Positions 47,888-59,083 of a stretch of 64,000 nt of DNA are shown in pieces. The notes below the pieces were generated by a model that worked only from the letters and a program-made list of their open reading frames with translations, made no database searches and had not been told where the DNA came from. The stretch's first letter is position 1, and each line of letters opens with the position of its first letter. A program made the translations under genes and the position numbers. This DNA comes from Eubacteriales bacterium (lineage in GTDB: Bacteria; Bacillota; Clostridia; Oscillospirales; CAG-272), in assembly GCA_045533115.1 (NCBI GenBank), contig JAZSHF010000005.1, positions 3,268 through 67,267 of the forward strand, read 5' to 3'.

Positions 47888-50800
47888 ATGCAACATTCAT
47901 TCTTTACGAAGGTACTTTCGGGATTTCTCTCGTTTGTACTTCTGTTCGGCGGTATCTCCGTGCTCCCGACGAGCGCGGCGGAATCGGAAGCTGACGTAAT
48001 TGCCGATCTGCTTACCGACATACCGTTCCATGACAATCTTGCCATCGGTGACGCCGGCCAGCCGTATCTCTCGTATGCCGAGAAGCATGCCGCTGACAAG
48101 GCGGAAAGCGAGGAAGTGATCGACGCGATCGATTACGACCCCGCGAACACGACCGCAAACGTCGAGATCCTTAAGGATTTCGAGGGCAAGGGCGACGTTC
48201 TTTATATGCCCGAATCGGGAAAGACGTCGTGGAAGGTAGAAATACCTAAGACCGCTAAATACGCGATCAAGATAGAGTACTACCCGATAGCCGAGAAGGA
48301 CGGCGTTAAGGTGTCTACTCTTACGACGATAGAGAGAACTCTCTATATCGACGGCTACATTCCCTTCTCGGAGGCAAGATATTTCTACTTCCCGAGAAAC
48401 TGGGCGTACACCGAGTTTGACTACCGCAAGGACGGAACCTGCATATTCCCGACCGACGCAGCGGGAAACGACATCCGTCCCATACGTTACGAGAAGCCGC
48501 AGTGGCAGGAGTATTATCTGCGCGACTGGCTCGGCTATACGATGGAGCCCTTCCAGTTCACGCTGACCGAGGGCGAGCGCGTGATTACCTTTGAGGCAAA
48601 CCGCGAGCCTATCGTTATCTCGAAAATCACGCTTTATCCCTACGACGCTCCCCCTACCTACTCGGAATTTGTCGAGCAGAAGAAGGCAGAGGGCGTGAAG
48701 ATCATTGAAAAGGCGCTCGGGGGAAAGATAAAGGTTCAGGCAGAAAACCCGACCCTTATCTCTAACGCTAACCTTTTTCCGCAGAACGACCGTACCTCGT
48801 CTCTTACCGAGCCGCAGGACCCTCAGCAGATCCGCTACAACATCGTTAACAGCACGACCGTTAACGAATGGATGAAGTATACGGTCGAGGTACCCGAAAC
48901 GGGACTTTACCGTATCGCTATCCGATTCCGTCAGAATTCGCTGATCGGTATGTTCACGTCAAGACGTATTCTTATCAACGGCGAGCTTCAGTTCCAAGAG
49001 GCGTCGAACATACGCTTCAAGTACAGCTCGTCCTGGCAGTCGTCTTATGCGTCAAACGGTGAACACACCTTCCTTTTCTACCTCGAAAAGGGTACGAATG
49101 AGATCACCTTCGAGACCGTTCTCGGCGATATGACCGAGTACGTTTACGAGATCGGTAATATGATCGACAAGCTGAATATTGCGTACAAGAAGATACTTCA
49201 GCTTACAGGACCTACCCCCGACGCTTACCGTGACTACGGCTTCAAGCGCCTCGTTCCCGACGCTATCGATACTATCGTTCAGGCGTCGAAGGATCTTTAC
49301 CGCATCGCCGACGAGCTCGAGGCAATTACGGGCGAGCTCGGCGACCAGGTCGCAACACTTAATACTATCGCAATGCTCTTTGCGAAAATGAAGGACGAAT
49401 ATAAGATCGCTCCTAACTTCGTAACCTTCAAGAACTACATAATCGCGCTGTCAAACTGGCTCTACGCGTCCCTTTCACAGCCCCTTAAGGTCGACTACTT
49501 CACCGTACAGGGAACTAAGGACGGTCTTCCTAAGGCAAAGGCGAATTTCTTTGAGGTCATCTGGTTCGAGATCAGAGCGTTCATCGGCTCCTTCTTTATG
49601 GACTATACGACGGTCGACTTCAAGGTCAAGAAGGGCGAAACGGTTGATAAGAGCATGGTTATCGAGCAGTGGATCACCTCGGCACTCGGCCGTGAGGACG
49701 CGCTCATAACCCGAGGACTTATAGACGAACACTTTACGTCCCAAACGGGAATACAAGTCAAGATGAAGGTCATAACGGTAGGCCTTACGGAGGCGATCCT
49801 CGCCAATATGGGACCGGATATTGCCGAAATGTCGTCGGTTGACACAATTACGTGGGGTCTGCGTGACGCAGTCAAGGAGCTTGACACGATGGACGGCTTT
49901 GAGGAAACTATCGCAAACCTCGACCAGGCGGCGCTGACTCCCTTACAGATGAAAAATGCAAAAGGTGAGTTCCATACCTACGGTATCCCGTCGTATATGG
50001 ACTTCTATATGATGTTCTACCGCTCCGACGTTCTTTACGAGAACGGCGTTAAGGCGCCGAATACGTGGGAGGAGCTTTACGATATTCTTCCCGCGCTTCA
50101 GGCGGCCGACCTTGAGATCGGTATGCCCGGCGGCGTTACCGGAACCAGTGTAGCGGTTGACGGTCTTATCGGACTTAAGTTATTCCTCTATCAGATGGGC
50201 GGCGAGCTCTATGAAAAGGACGGATACAGAGTAAGTCTCGACGGTAACACCGCTCTTGATGCGTTTGAAACTCTTTGTAATATGTTCTCAAAGTACAAGT
50301 GCTCGGTCAACTACGACCTCACCCGTTTCCGTACGGGTGAAATTCCGATCTACTTCGGAACCGCTGTCGGTACCTATAACACCCTTATGTCCTACTACGA
50401 TATCCGCGGACTTTGGGAAATGGCTCCTCTTTGCGGCATGGAGCAGCAGAACGAGGACGGCACAGTAACGATCAACCGCACCTCCTTCGTTTCGGTCGCA
50501 TCGAGAGTTATCCCGAGAGGCGGCTCGAAGAAGGCGGTACAGAATTCCTGGGAATACATCAAGTGGATGGCACAGCCTGAAACTCAGAAGCTCCTCGGAC
50601 GCGAAACCATCATGGTAAACGCAAACCCGACGACGAAGTATAACGCTCCGACGATCGACGCGCTTCTCGGCCAGGCGTGGACCGATGAGGAGCTTGCTGC
50701 TCTTCGTGAGCAGACCAAGTGGCTTGCAGGTATCCCCGAGTATCCCGGCAATTACATTATCGGTACTTACGTAAACTCCGCGTTTATGAACGTGTATAAC

Positions 50801-50956
50801 ACCTCCTCCGACGCTGCGGAGCAGCTTCAGGACCGTGTCGTTTACATCAACAAGGAAATTGCGCGTAAGCGTGACGACTTCAAGATGGACTATATCGACA
50901 TTAAGGGTAAGTACCATTCGGGAAGATATTATACGAACCCCGAATACAAGAAGTAA
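47888..50956 (+). CDS. Giant extracellular solute-binding protein: about 560-aa N-terminal extension fused to a family-1 sugar SBP-like C-terminal half
   Basis: About 1022 aa with a signal peptide ending ...LPTSAAESE. The C-terminal half has SBP-like character (WEELYDILPALQ...). The start could be ATG 47888 or TTG 47885. Confidence 0.7.
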   Translation: MQHSFFTKVLSGFLSFVLLFGGISVLPTSAAESEADVIADLLTDIPFHDNLAIGDAGQPYLSYAEKHAADKAESEEVIDAIDYDPANTTANVEILKDFEGKGDVLYMPESGKTSWKVEIPKTAKYAIKIEYYPIAEKDGVKVSTLTTIERTLYIDGYIPFSEARYFYFPRNWAYTEFDYRKDGTCIFPTDAAGNDIRPIRYEKPQWQEYYLRDWLGYTMEPFQFTLTEGERVITFEANREPIVISKITLYPYDAPPTYSEFVEQKKAEGVKIIEKALGGKIKVQAENPTLISNANLFPQNDRTSSLTEPQDPQQIRYNIVNSTTVNEWMKYTVEVPETGLYRIAIRFRQNSLIGMFTSRRILINGELQFQEASNIRFKYSSSWQSSYASNGEHTFLFYLEKGTNEITFETVLGDMTEYVYEIGNMIDKLNIAYKKILQLTGPTPDAYRDYGFKRLVPDAIDTIVQASKDLYRIADELEAITGELGDQVATLNTIAMLFAKMKDEYKIAPNFVTFKNYIIALSNWLYASLSQPLKVDYFTVQGTKDGLPKAKANFFEVIWFEIRAFIGSFFMDYTTVDFKVKKGETVDKSMVIEQWITSALGREDALITRGLIDEHFTSQTGIQVKMKVITVGLTEAILANMGPDIAEMSSVDTITWGLRDAVKELDTMDGFEETIANLDQAALTPLQMKNAKGEFHTYGIPSYMDFYMMFYRSDVLYENGVKAPNTWEELYDILPALQAADLEIGMPGGVTGTSVAVDGLIGLKLFLYQMGGELYEKDGYRVSLDGNTALDAFETLCNMFSKYKCSVNYDLTRFRTGEIPIYFGTAVGTYNTLMSYYDIRGLWEMAPLCGMEQQNEDGTVTINRTSFVSVASRVIPRGGSKKAVQNSWEYIKWMAQPETQKLLGRETIMVNANPTTKYNAPTIDALLGQAWTDEELAALREQTKWLAGIPEYPGNYIIGTYVNSAFMNVYNTSSDAAEQLQDRVVYINKEIARKRDDFKMDYIDIKGKYHSGRYYTNPEYKK

Positions 50957-50993
50957 TCACTGCTGAATTTACATCGAAAAGGAGTAAAACATC

Positions 50994-51962
50994 ATGACAA
51001 AAACTGAAAAAGATGTAAAGCGTCAGCAGCCTAAGAACGAAAAGTACGCAGGCAAGGCGATGACAAAGGGAAGATATATCCGCACTCAGATGAAGAGAAA
51101 CTGGGTGGGCTACGTAATGGTAGCGCCCTTCCTTGTTATGTTCCTCGCGTTTACCGTCGTCCCCGTCGTTCTTTCGATACTTCTCAGCTTTACGTCATTT
51201 AATATGCTTCAGCTCCCCGAGTGGAAGGGACTTGAAAACTACGTTCAGCTCTTCCTCGCGGACGATCTGTTTATTACGGCATTCTCCAACACAATGCTCT
51301 TTGCGATCACGACGGGCCCCGCATCCTTCATTCTTGCGTTCATCGTCGCTTGGTTCATAAATGAGCTTTCTCCCCGTCTGCGTGCGTTTGTAACGCTCAT
51401 CTTCTACGCACCGTCTATTGCGGGTACCGCTTACCTCGTATGGGGTATCTTCTTCAAGGGAGATATCTACGGTTACGTAAACGGTTGGCTCTTAAAGATG
51501 GGTATGATAAGCGAGCCGATAGTCTTCTTCAAGGACGCTGACTACATAGTCCCGCTCTGTATAGTAGTTGCTATCTGGACTTCGCTCGGTACGACCTTCC
51601 TTTCAAACATCGCAGGTCTTCAGGGCGTCGACCGCTCGCTTTACGAGGCGGGCGCTATCGACGGAGTAAAGAACCGTTGGCAGGAGGCGTGGTATATCAC
51701 GCTCCCCTCGATGCGCTCAATTCTTCTCTTCGGCGCAGTTCTTGCGATCACCGGCTCCTTCGGATTCGGCGCCATAGTTAACAGCCTCTGCGGAAACCCC
51801 TCGACCGACTACGTGGCATGGACGCTGCAGCATCATCTGTCGGAATATATGGGAACACGTTTTGAGTACGGTTACGCGTCTGCCATCGCCGTTGTCCTCT
51901 TTGCAATAATGATGGGTGCGAACGCGCTTGTGCAGAAGTTCCTTTCGAAGGTGGGTGAGTAA
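50994..51962 (+). CDS. ABC sugar transporter permease (MalF/BPD type)
   Basis: 322-aa ORF with 6 TM helices and an EAA-like loop (LYEAGAIDGVKNRWQEAWYITLP). Confidence 0.88.
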   Translation: MTKTEKDVKRQQPKNEKYAGKAMTKGRYIRTQMKRNWVGYVMVAPFLVMFLAFTVVPVVLSILLSFTSFNMLQLPEWKGLENYVQLFLADDLFITAFSNTMLFAITTGPASFILAFIVAWFINELSPRLRAFVTLIFYAPSIAGTAYLVWGIFFKGDIYGYVNGWLLKMGMISEPIVFFKDADYIVPLCIVVAIWTSLGTTFLSNIAGLQGVDRSLYEAGAIDGVKNRWQEAWYITLPSMRSILLFGAVLAITGSFGFGAIVNSLCGNPSTDYVAWTLQHHLSEYMGTRFEYGYASAIAVVLFAIMMGANALVQKFLSKVGE

Positions 51963-51963
51963 T

Positions 51964-52833
51964 ATGGCAGTAAAGAAATTAAGAGTCCGCGGACACCGCG
52001 TCGTTCTTAACCGCTCGAAGGGCGGAGACGTCGGAATTACCATAATGCTCATTCTTCTCGGAGCGCTTATGTTCTTGCCTATGTGGTACCTTCTCATCGA
52101 GTCGGTAAAGCCTCTTGGCGAAAGAAACATAACCCCTCCGCTCCTCTACGTCATCAAGCCGACGGCGCAGAACTTCATCGACCTTTTCTCGAACATCAAC
52201 AGCACCTGGGTACCGATCTCCCGTTATCTCTTCAATACGATAATCATATCGGTAGCGGCGACCTTCGGATGTCTCGTATTCGGTTCTCTTACCGCTTATG
52301 CGCTCTCGAAGATCAAGTTCCCCGGCCGTGTTGCAATGTTCAAGATGATCCAGTGGTCGCTTATGATAAGCTCGACCATCACCGGTATCACCAACTTCTT
52401 TATATTCATTTGGCTCGGTTGGCTTAATACCTACTGGATCTCGATAGTCCCCGTATGGGCATCGACCCTCGGTCTGTACCTTATGAAGCAGTTTATCGAT
52501 GCAAACATCTCGGACGAGATGATCGAGGCTGCCCGTATAGACGGTGCGGGAGAATTCAGAATTTATTGGCAGATAGTAATGCCGCTCGTTAAGCCCGCTT
52601 GGCTTACCCTTCTCGTTACTACCTTCCAGTCGGTCTGGAATGCAGGTGCGTCCGGCTACGTTTGGTCGGAGCAGCTCAAGACCTTCAATAACGCTATCTC
52701 AACGATCAGCACTGTCTCGGCGGGTGCGTCGAGTGCCGGTTCGGTCGTAATGATGAGCGTGCCGATCATCATATTTATTATAAACCAGTCCAAGATCGTC
52801 GAAACGATGGCGTCTTCGGGTATGAAGGACTAA
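51964..52833 (+). CDS. ABC sugar transporter permease (MalG type)
   Basis: EAA loop MIEAARIDGAGEFRIYWQIVMPL. The ATG at 51964 is 1 nt after the upstream stop. Confidence 0.88.
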   Translation: MAVKKLRVRGHRVVLNRSKGGDVGITIMLILLGALMFLPMWYLLIESVKPLGERNITPPLLYVIKPTAQNFIDLFSNINSTWVPISRYLFNTIIISVAATFGCLVFGSLTAYALSKIKFPGRVAMFKMIQWSLMISSTITGITNFFIFIWLGWLNTYWISIVPVWASTLGLYLMKQFIDANISDEMIEAARIDGAGEFRIYWQIVMPLVKPAWLTLLVTTFQSVWNAGASGYVWSEQLKTFNNAISTISTVSAGASSAGSVVMMSVPIIIFIINQSKIVETMASSGMKD

Positions 52834-52845
52834 AAGGAGGGCGCA

Positions 52846-54963
52846 ATGAAAAACAAAATAACAAAAATATTTGCGGTTCTCGTCGCAGTCCTTATGCTTC
52901 TTCCGATGGCAGTATCGGCAGAGCCGTATCAGACCTATACATACAGCATAGACGGAGAGCAGCTCGCGTCTCCCCATGCTTATACGCCTAACGCGGTTTT
53001 GAACTCGAAAGATATGGGACTTCCCGTACCGCTTAAAAAGGTATCGGATATGGTCGTTGACGGAAGCGGCAACGTTTACCTTGCAGACAAGGACGCGAAC
53101 GCCATCTACGTTCTCGACAGAAACCTCAAGTACCGCTTCACTATCGACACCTTCATCAACAGCCACGGTATTGAGGACTCCTTCAATAACCCCAACGGCT
53201 GCTTTGTAACCGAGAGAAATATCTACGTTGCAGACACCGATAACAAGCGTATCGTTATCTTTGACCTCGACGGTAACTACGTAAAGCACCTTGAAGAGCC
53301 GAAGTCGGATATCTTCGAGGACAACGCGCAATACCGCCCGACCGCTATCGCAGTCGACGCGTCCGACCGTATCTACGTCGTCTCCCCCGATATCTATCAG
53401 GGTATCCTCTCGCTTGACGCAAACGGCGAGTTCCAGGGATATATCGGCGCGCAGAAGGTTTCCTATGACGCATGGGAGGTCTTCTGGAGAACCTTCCAGA
53501 CTGCAAAGCAGAGAAGCAAGGGCAAGAAGAACCTCTCGACCTCGTATAACAACATTACGATAGACGACGAGGGCTTCATTTATTGTACCTCTTCTTCGAT
53601 CAATGCAGAAAAACAGCAGGCCTCGATCAAAGACAAGACCGCCGATTACTCGCCTATCCGCAAGTTCAACGCCGCAGGTAAGGATATCCTCGGACGTAAC
53701 GGCTTCTTCGGCCCCGGCGGCGAGGTCAAGATTCAGGGCGGCGGACTTTCAAAGAAGCCCTCGAGAATCATCGACGTAGCCCTTGGTCCGTCTGGCTCCT
53801 GGTCTATAATCGACGCAGAGCGCTCGAAGATCTTTACCTACGACCAGTACGGTAATCTGCTCTTCGTGTTCGGCGACCGCGGAGACCTTCTCGGTAACGT
53901 GAGCGAAATGGCGACCGCTATCGCTTATCAGGACACGAACCTTCTCGTGTTCGACGGACTTCTTCAGACCATCACTCTCTATATCCGTACCGAGTACGGT
54001 GACGTCCTTATAAGAGCGCTTCAGAACGAAATCGACCGTAAGCACGGCGAGGCGGTTAACGACTATCAGGACATTCTTAAGAGAAACAGTAACTTCGACG
54101 CAGCTTACATAGGTATCGGTAAAGCTCTTTACCGTCAGGGTAAGTACGAAGAAGCTATGAAGATGTTCGCAGCGGCATACGAAACCGATAACTACTCAAA
54201 TGCGCTGAAGGAAATGCGTCAGAGCTGGGCGGATAAATACTTCATACTTATCCCGATAGTCGTCGTCGCAGTGCTCTTTGCGATCACAAAGTTCTTCGGA
54301 TATGCAGGCAAGGTCAATAAAAAGACGGCGCTCAAGAAGGGCAAAAAGACCTTCAAGGAAGAGATCCTCTACGCCTTCCACATTATTTTCCACCCCTTCG
54401 ACGGCTTCTGGGATCTGAAGCACGAAAAACGCGGTTCCGTCCGCGGCGCTATCTTCTGGCTCGTTCTTGCACTGATCGCGGTATGCTATCAGTCGGTCGG
54501 CCGCGCATACGTCTTCAATCCCCGCGCGTCTTATACGTCGATGCTCGGCTCGCTCCTTTCACTCCTTGTGCCGGTGGCACTGTGGGTGATCGGAAACTGG
54601 TGCCTTACAACGCTCTTTGAGGGCGAGGGAAGCATGAAGGATATCTTCATCGCAACCTGCTACTGTGCAGTACCTCTTGTGCTGCTTCTCATTCCCGCAA
54701 CGGCAATAACCAATATTCTCACGCTCAGTGAGGCAACGATTTATGAAATGCTCGTGTCGATAGCTTGGGTATGGGTAGGACTTCTTCTGTTCTTCGGAAC
54801 GATGGTCACCCACGACTATCCTATCGGTAAAAACGTCCTGACATGTATCGGAACGATCATCGCTATGGCCGTGATCATATTCTGCGTACTGCTCTTCTCG
54901 ACGCTTATCATGAAGATGATATCCTTCATCACGGGTATCGTTGTCGAGTTGTCGTATCGGTAA
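52846..54963 (+). CDS. Fusion protein: signal peptide, NHL-type beta-propeller, TPR segment and C-terminal Yip1-like polytopic membrane domain
   Basis: NHL-like blades (GNVYLADKDANAIYVLD, NIYVADTDNKRIVIFDLDGNY, DRIYVVSPD). TPR-like YRQGKYEEAMKMFAAAYE. Five C-terminal TM helices follow FHPFDGFWDLKHEKRG. Confidence 0.65.
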   Translation: MKNKITKIFAVLVAVLMLLPMAVSAEPYQTYTYSIDGEQLASPHAYTPNAVLNSKDMGLPVPLKKVSDMVVDGSGNVYLADKDANAIYVLDRNLKYRFTIDTFINSHGIEDSFNNPNGCFVTERNIYVADTDNKRIVIFDLDGNYVKHLEEPKSDIFEDNAQYRPTAIAVDASDRIYVVSPDIYQGILSLDANGEFQGYIGAQKVSYDAWEVFWRTFQTAKQRSKGKKNLSTSYNNITIDDEGFIYCTSSSINAEKQQASIKDKTADYSPIRKFNAAGKDILGRNGFFGPGGEVKIQGGGLSKKPSRIIDVALGPSGSWSIIDAERSKIFTYDQYGNLLFVFGDRGDLLGNVSEMATAIAYQDTNLLVFDGLLQTITLYIRTEYGDVLIRALQNEIDRKHGEAVNDYQDILKRNSNFDAAYIGIGKALYRQGKYEEAMKMFAAAYETDNYSNALKEMRQSWADKYFILIPIVVVAVLFAITKFFGYAGKVNKKTALKKGKKTFKEEILYAFHIIFHPFDGFWDLKHEKRGSVRGAIFWLVLALIAVCYQSVGRAYVFNPRASYTSMLGSLLSLLVPVALWVIGNWCLTTLFEGEGSMKDIFIATCYCAVPLVLLLIPATAITNILTLSEATIYEMLVSIAWVWVGLLLFFGTMVTHDYPIGKNVLTCIGTIIAMAVIIFCVLLFSTLIMKMISFITGIVVELSYR

Positions 54964-54985
54964 CTACTAAAGAAGGAGAGATAAA

Positions 54986-57900
54986 ATGAAAATTTTTAAG
55001 AAATTTTTATCGGCTGTGATGGCCTTCTGTATGTTGCTTGGTACGCTTTCGGTTCTTTCGGCGCTCCCCGTATTCGGAGCAGAGGAGACCGAAACCCCGC
55101 AGGAACCGATAAATGCGACTGACTTCTTCACCTATGCTTTCAATTCCGAGGAAGAAAAGATCGCATCAATGGACCTTATGGCAGAGCGTTACGGTTACGC
55201 TCTTTACGCCGAGCCCCTTACGGGCGAGGTCGCTATCGTAAACACAAAAACAGGCGATATACTTTCGACTAACCCCTATAACGTCGGCAATATCAAAGCA
55301 GATGATTCTGTAAAGAGAAATCTTCTGTCGCAGGTCATAATCAACTACCAGAGCGTTGACGGAATAATCACCGCCCGCGATATGTCCAGCTTTGAAAGTG
55401 CTGCCGAGCTCAAGCAGATCAAGGCAAAGCCGATCAAAAACGGTGTCCGCGTTGAGTACGTAATCGGTAAGCAGGAAACACGCTACCTCTTCCCCGAGCA
55501 GATCGAGAAGACTCGTTTCGAAGAAGAAATCCTTTCCAAGATTCCCTACGACCCCGACACGTTCGATGCCAAGACTGCGACTTATGAGGAAAAGCAGGCG
55601 CGTCTTCATTACAATAAGATAAAGGCGTCCTACGTTCTTAAGGACCCTTCGGACAAAAATGTTCCGGAATCGATCCGCCTCGCAATGCTCAAGCAGTATC
55701 CCGTTCTTGATAAGAACTCCGACGTCGGTAAAAACAGCCCCGTAACGGCGCTTTACGTCTTCGATACTAAGGCGAGCATGAAGCTCAAGAACGAGATCGA
55801 GTACATCATCAAGCTCTACTGTCCGAACTACACCTATGAGTCAAGACAGTATGACCATGAGCTCTGTCAGTACGAGGAAAAGAGAGAAAACCCCGTTCAG
55901 TTCAGAATCGCTCTTGAGTATTACATCGATGAGACCGGTCTCCGCGTAAGAATACCCGCAAACGGTATCCGTTACGACCAGAGCTCCTACCAGCTCAACA
56001 AGATGACCTGTCTTCCCTATATGGGCGCAGCAGATTCTAATTATACGGGTTACACCGTATTCCCCGACGGCTCGGGCACCCTCGTCCGCTTTGAGGACGT
56101 AAAGGAAAGCGGAAGCTCCTTCAGCTTCTTCGCTATACCCTACGGACAGGACTACGTCTACCGTACTATGAAGATCGGTAAGAACCTTATGCCGATGCGT
56201 ATGCCGGTATTCGGTATGGTTGAGGATACTCAGCATACCGTGACCGACGAAGCAACGGGCGAGGAAACGACGTATGTACGCAAGAGCGGCTACTTCGCAA
56301 TTATTGAAGAGGGCGACGCGCTTGCAATGATCCGCGCCGTGCACGGCGAAAAGGGACATAACTATTATTCGATCCAAATCGAGCTTGACCCCCGCCCGAA
56401 GGATACATTCTCTCTCAGCTCGATAGTATCTGTCGGCGGAAACGGCTCCATTACCGCGGTTTCCGACAGAAAGTATACGGGTAACTTTACTATCCGTTAC
56501 ATAATGCTTTCCGACCTTGAATACGCAAAGAACAACGGTATAGACGCGGCGGGTTGCTATGATACGAGCTATCTGGGTATGGCACTTGCTTACCGTCAGC
56601 GTCTTATCTCGACGGGCGCTCTCGTCGATGAAAAGCTTGAGGCGGGCGATATTCCGCTTTACCTCGAGACCCTCGGCGCAATGAACGTTCAGGAAAAGTT
56701 CCTTTCTATTCCCGTAACCGTCAAAAAGGCGCTTACCACCTTAAACGATATCAAGAAGATCCATTCCGAGCTCGGCGAGGCGGGAATATCCAACCTCGTA
56801 TTCAAGCTGAACGGCTTTATGAACGGCGGTCTGAAGAGCACGCTGTCTAATCAGATAGATGTTGAAAAGGTCGTCGGCGGAAACTCGGGACTTAAGAAGC
56901 TCCAGAAGTACGCGAACCAAAAGAACTTTGAGATCTACCTCAATGCAGACTTCTCGTATACCTACAAGGATACTCTCTTTGACGGCTTCGACCGCCGTAA
57001 GGAAGCGGTCCGAGCAATAGACGACCGCTTCGTACAGAAGCAGGAATACGACGCAGTTCTTCAGAAATTCACAAGCACGGGTATGCTCGTTATCGCGCCC
57101 TCTTCCTTTGAAAGCATCTTCGCTAAGCTGAATAAGGATGCGAAAAAGCTCAAGCTCGAGGGTCTTGATCTCGGCGCCCTCGGCTCCGACCTCTCCTCCG
57201 ATTTTGACGAGAAGGAGCCGTACAACCGTGAGGACTCCAAGCAGCAGGTGATCGACACGCTTGAAAAGGTGCGCAAGGCGGGCTACGACATTATGATGGA
57301 CGGCGGTAACGCTTATGCCGTCGGATATGCAAAGCATCTGCTCAATATTCCGCTCGCATCCTCGCGCCGTGCACAGGCGTCTGAGGCAATACCTTTCTTT
57401 GCACTCGTATACCACGGATATCTTAACTATGCCGGCTCGCCGACCAATATGGCGGGCGATATCCGTTACGAGATGCTTAAGATCCTTGAAAACGGCGCAA
57501 ATCCCTACTTCATTCTCGTTTACCGCAATTCCGAGAAGCTGAAGGAGGATAAGACGCTTTCCAAGTACTTTGCGATCTCCTATCAGAACTGGAAGGAAGA
57601 TATCATTGAGACCTATAAGGCGCTCAATGAAGCACTTTCTCCCGTCAAGAGCTCTCTTATGACCTACCACGGCTTCCTTACAGGTATGAGAGTACCGACC
57701 GCGGAAGAGCTTGAGGCCGATCTTAAGGCCGAGGAAAAGGCAGAGCAGGAGAAGCTCGACAAGGAGCAGGCTGATAAGGATGCAGCCGCAAAGGAAGAGC
57801 AGCTTAAGGACCATCTCGGCAACAACTATATACCTAACGATACCGAAACGGAATCTCCCGAAGCGAACACTCCGACGAATACCGTTTCAAAGTATCTCGT

Positions 57901-58081
57901 AGACAACGGAATGATAGTCAAGGTAACGTTTGAAAACGGCTACAGCTTCATTCTTAACTACAACTATTTCGACGTTACCGTTGAAGAGTGCGGAGATACC
58001 GTTATCCCCAAGCTCGGATACGTAGTGATTGATCCTAACGGCGAAATGGTGATCAACAGCGGAGAGGAGGCGGCGAAATGA
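54986..58081 (+). CDS. 1031-aa secreted protein of unknown function (from memory resembles DUF5696-type proteins; unverified)
   Basis: Signal peptide ...ALPVFGAEE and a C-terminal K/E-rich coiled segment. I could name no catalytic motif with confidence. Confidence 0.5.
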   Translation: MKIFKKFLSAVMAFCMLLGTLSVLSALPVFGAEETETPQEPINATDFFTYAFNSEEEKIASMDLMAERYGYALYAEPLTGEVAIVNTKTGDILSTNPYNVGNIKADDSVKRNLLSQVIINYQSVDGIITARDMSSFESAAELKQIKAKPIKNGVRVEYVIGKQETRYLFPEQIEKTRFEEEILSKIPYDPDTFDAKTATYEEKQARLHYNKIKASYVLKDPSDKNVPESIRLAMLKQYPVLDKNSDVGKNSPVTALYVFDTKASMKLKNEIEYIIKLYCPNYTYESRQYDHELCQYEEKRENPVQFRIALEYYIDETGLRVRIPANGIRYDQSSYQLNKMTCLPYMGAADSNYTGYTVFPDGSGTLVRFEDVKESGSSFSFFAIPYGQDYVYRTMKIGKNLMPMRMPVFGMVEDTQHTVTDEATGEETTYVRKSGYFAIIEEGDALAMIRAVHGEKGHNYYSIQIELDPRPKDTFSLSSIVSVGGNGSITAVSDRKYTGNFTIRYIMLSDLEYAKNNGIDAAGCYDTSYLGMALAYRQRLISTGALVDEKLEAGDIPLYLETLGAMNVQEKFLSIPVTVKKALTTLNDIKKIHSELGEAGISNLVFKLNGFMNGGLKSTLSNQIDVEKVVGGNSGLKKLQKYANQKNFEIYLNADFSYTYKDTLFDGFDRRKEAVRAIDDRFVQKQEYDAVLQKFTSTGMLVIAPSSFESIFAKLNKDAKKLKLEGLDLGALGSDLSSDFDEKEPYNREDSKQQVIDTLEKVRKAGYDIMMDGGNAYAVGYAKHLLNIPLASSRRAQASEAIPFFALVYHGYLNYAGSPTNMAGDIRYEMLKILENGANPYFILVYRNSEKLKEDKTLSKYFAISYQNWKEDIIETYKALNEALSPVKSSLMTYHGFLTGMRVPTAEELEADLKAEEKAEQEKLDKEQADKDAAAKEEQLKDHLGNNYIPNDTETESPEANTPTNTVSKYLVDNGMIVKVTFENGYSFILNYNYFDVTVEECGDTVIPKLGYVVIDPNGEMVINSGEEAAK

Positions 58082-59070
58082 CAGCAGTGAAAAAGAGAAA
58101 TAATGCAAAAAAACGCAGGAAGATAGTTTCTCTTGACAAGAAAAAGTCAAGAATCGGCTGGCTGTTCGTCCTTCCGTTCATTATCGGACTCCTTATCATT
58201 TATCTTCCGATAGTGATCGACTCGATCAACTACAGCTTCAACAAGATCATTCCGCTCCCCCCCTCAAAGGGCGGCGGTTCGCGTCTTGAATTCGTTGGTT
58301 TTGAACACTATCAGAGAGCGCTTACCGAGGACGCAAAATTTACTGAGGTGCTTATCTCGGGCGTAAAGGATCTGGTGTTCGATATTCCCGCGATAGTAAT
58401 CTTCTCACTCTTCGTTGCAGTGCTTCTTAACAAGAAGATCCTCGGACGCGCGGCGTTCCGTGCGATATTCTTCATTCCCGTTATTCTTTCTACGGGACTT
58501 ATAAACGAAATATCGGGTCTTGCATCTGCGGGACAGAACTATATGAGCCAGAGCGGAACCGTCGACGACGGCTCGGGTCAGGGCTCGGCAGGCGGCGTTG
58601 CACAAATAGTATCGGTAACCGACTTCAGATGGCTGTTCCAAAATATGCAGGTCGGTAGCGGACTTATCAAATACGTAACGGGTATCGTAAACGATATCTA
58701 CAATATCATCAACCGCTCGGGCGTTCAGATGCTTATCTTCCTCGCCGGACTTCAGTCCATTTCGCCCGCGATCTACGAATCCTGCTCGATAGACGGTGCG
58801 ACGGGTTGGGAGACCTTCTGGAAGATAACCTTCCCGATGATAAGCCCGATGATCCTCGTAAATTCGATCTATACCGTCATCGACTCCTTTACGTCGAGCG
58901 ACAGCAAGATAATGTCGTATATCAACAGTAAGTATACCGACATTGTAAACGGCGGCGGACGAGAGATCGCTACTGCGATGTCGTGGATTTACTTCCTCAT
59001 AGTAATAGGAATAATTGCTCTGGTAGCCGCCGTCCTTTCGGCGTACATCTTCTACCAGAGACGTGATTAA
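58078..59070 (+). CDS. ABC sugar transporter permease (MalF type), second pair
   Basis: 330-aa ORF with the EAA-like loop IYESCSIDGATGWETFWKITFP. The start overlaps the upstream stop (ATGA). Confidence 0.85.
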   Translation: MTAVKKRNNAKKRRKIVSLDKKKSRIGWLFVLPFIIGLLIIYLPIVIDSINYSFNKIIPLPPSKGGGSRLEFVGFEHYQRALTEDAKFTEVLISGVKDLVFDIPAIVIFSLFVAVLLNKKILGRAAFRAIFFIPVILSTGLINEISGLASAGQNYMSQSGTVDDGSGQGSAGGVAQIVSVTDFRWLFQNMQVGSGLIKYVTGIVNDIYNIINRSGVQMLIFLAGLQSISPAIYESCSIDGATGWETFWKITFPMISPMILVNSIYTVIDSFTSSDSKIMSYINSKYTDIVNGGGREIATAMSWIYFLIVIGIIALVAAVLSAYIFYQRRD

Positions 59071-59083
59071 GGAGGGAATTGTT

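Noticed and set aside
56741-57814. 357-aa ORF on the minus strand
   Set aside because: It is antisense to the 1031-aa secreted-protein gene inside a tightly packed plus-strand operon and has a Leu-rich shadow composition.
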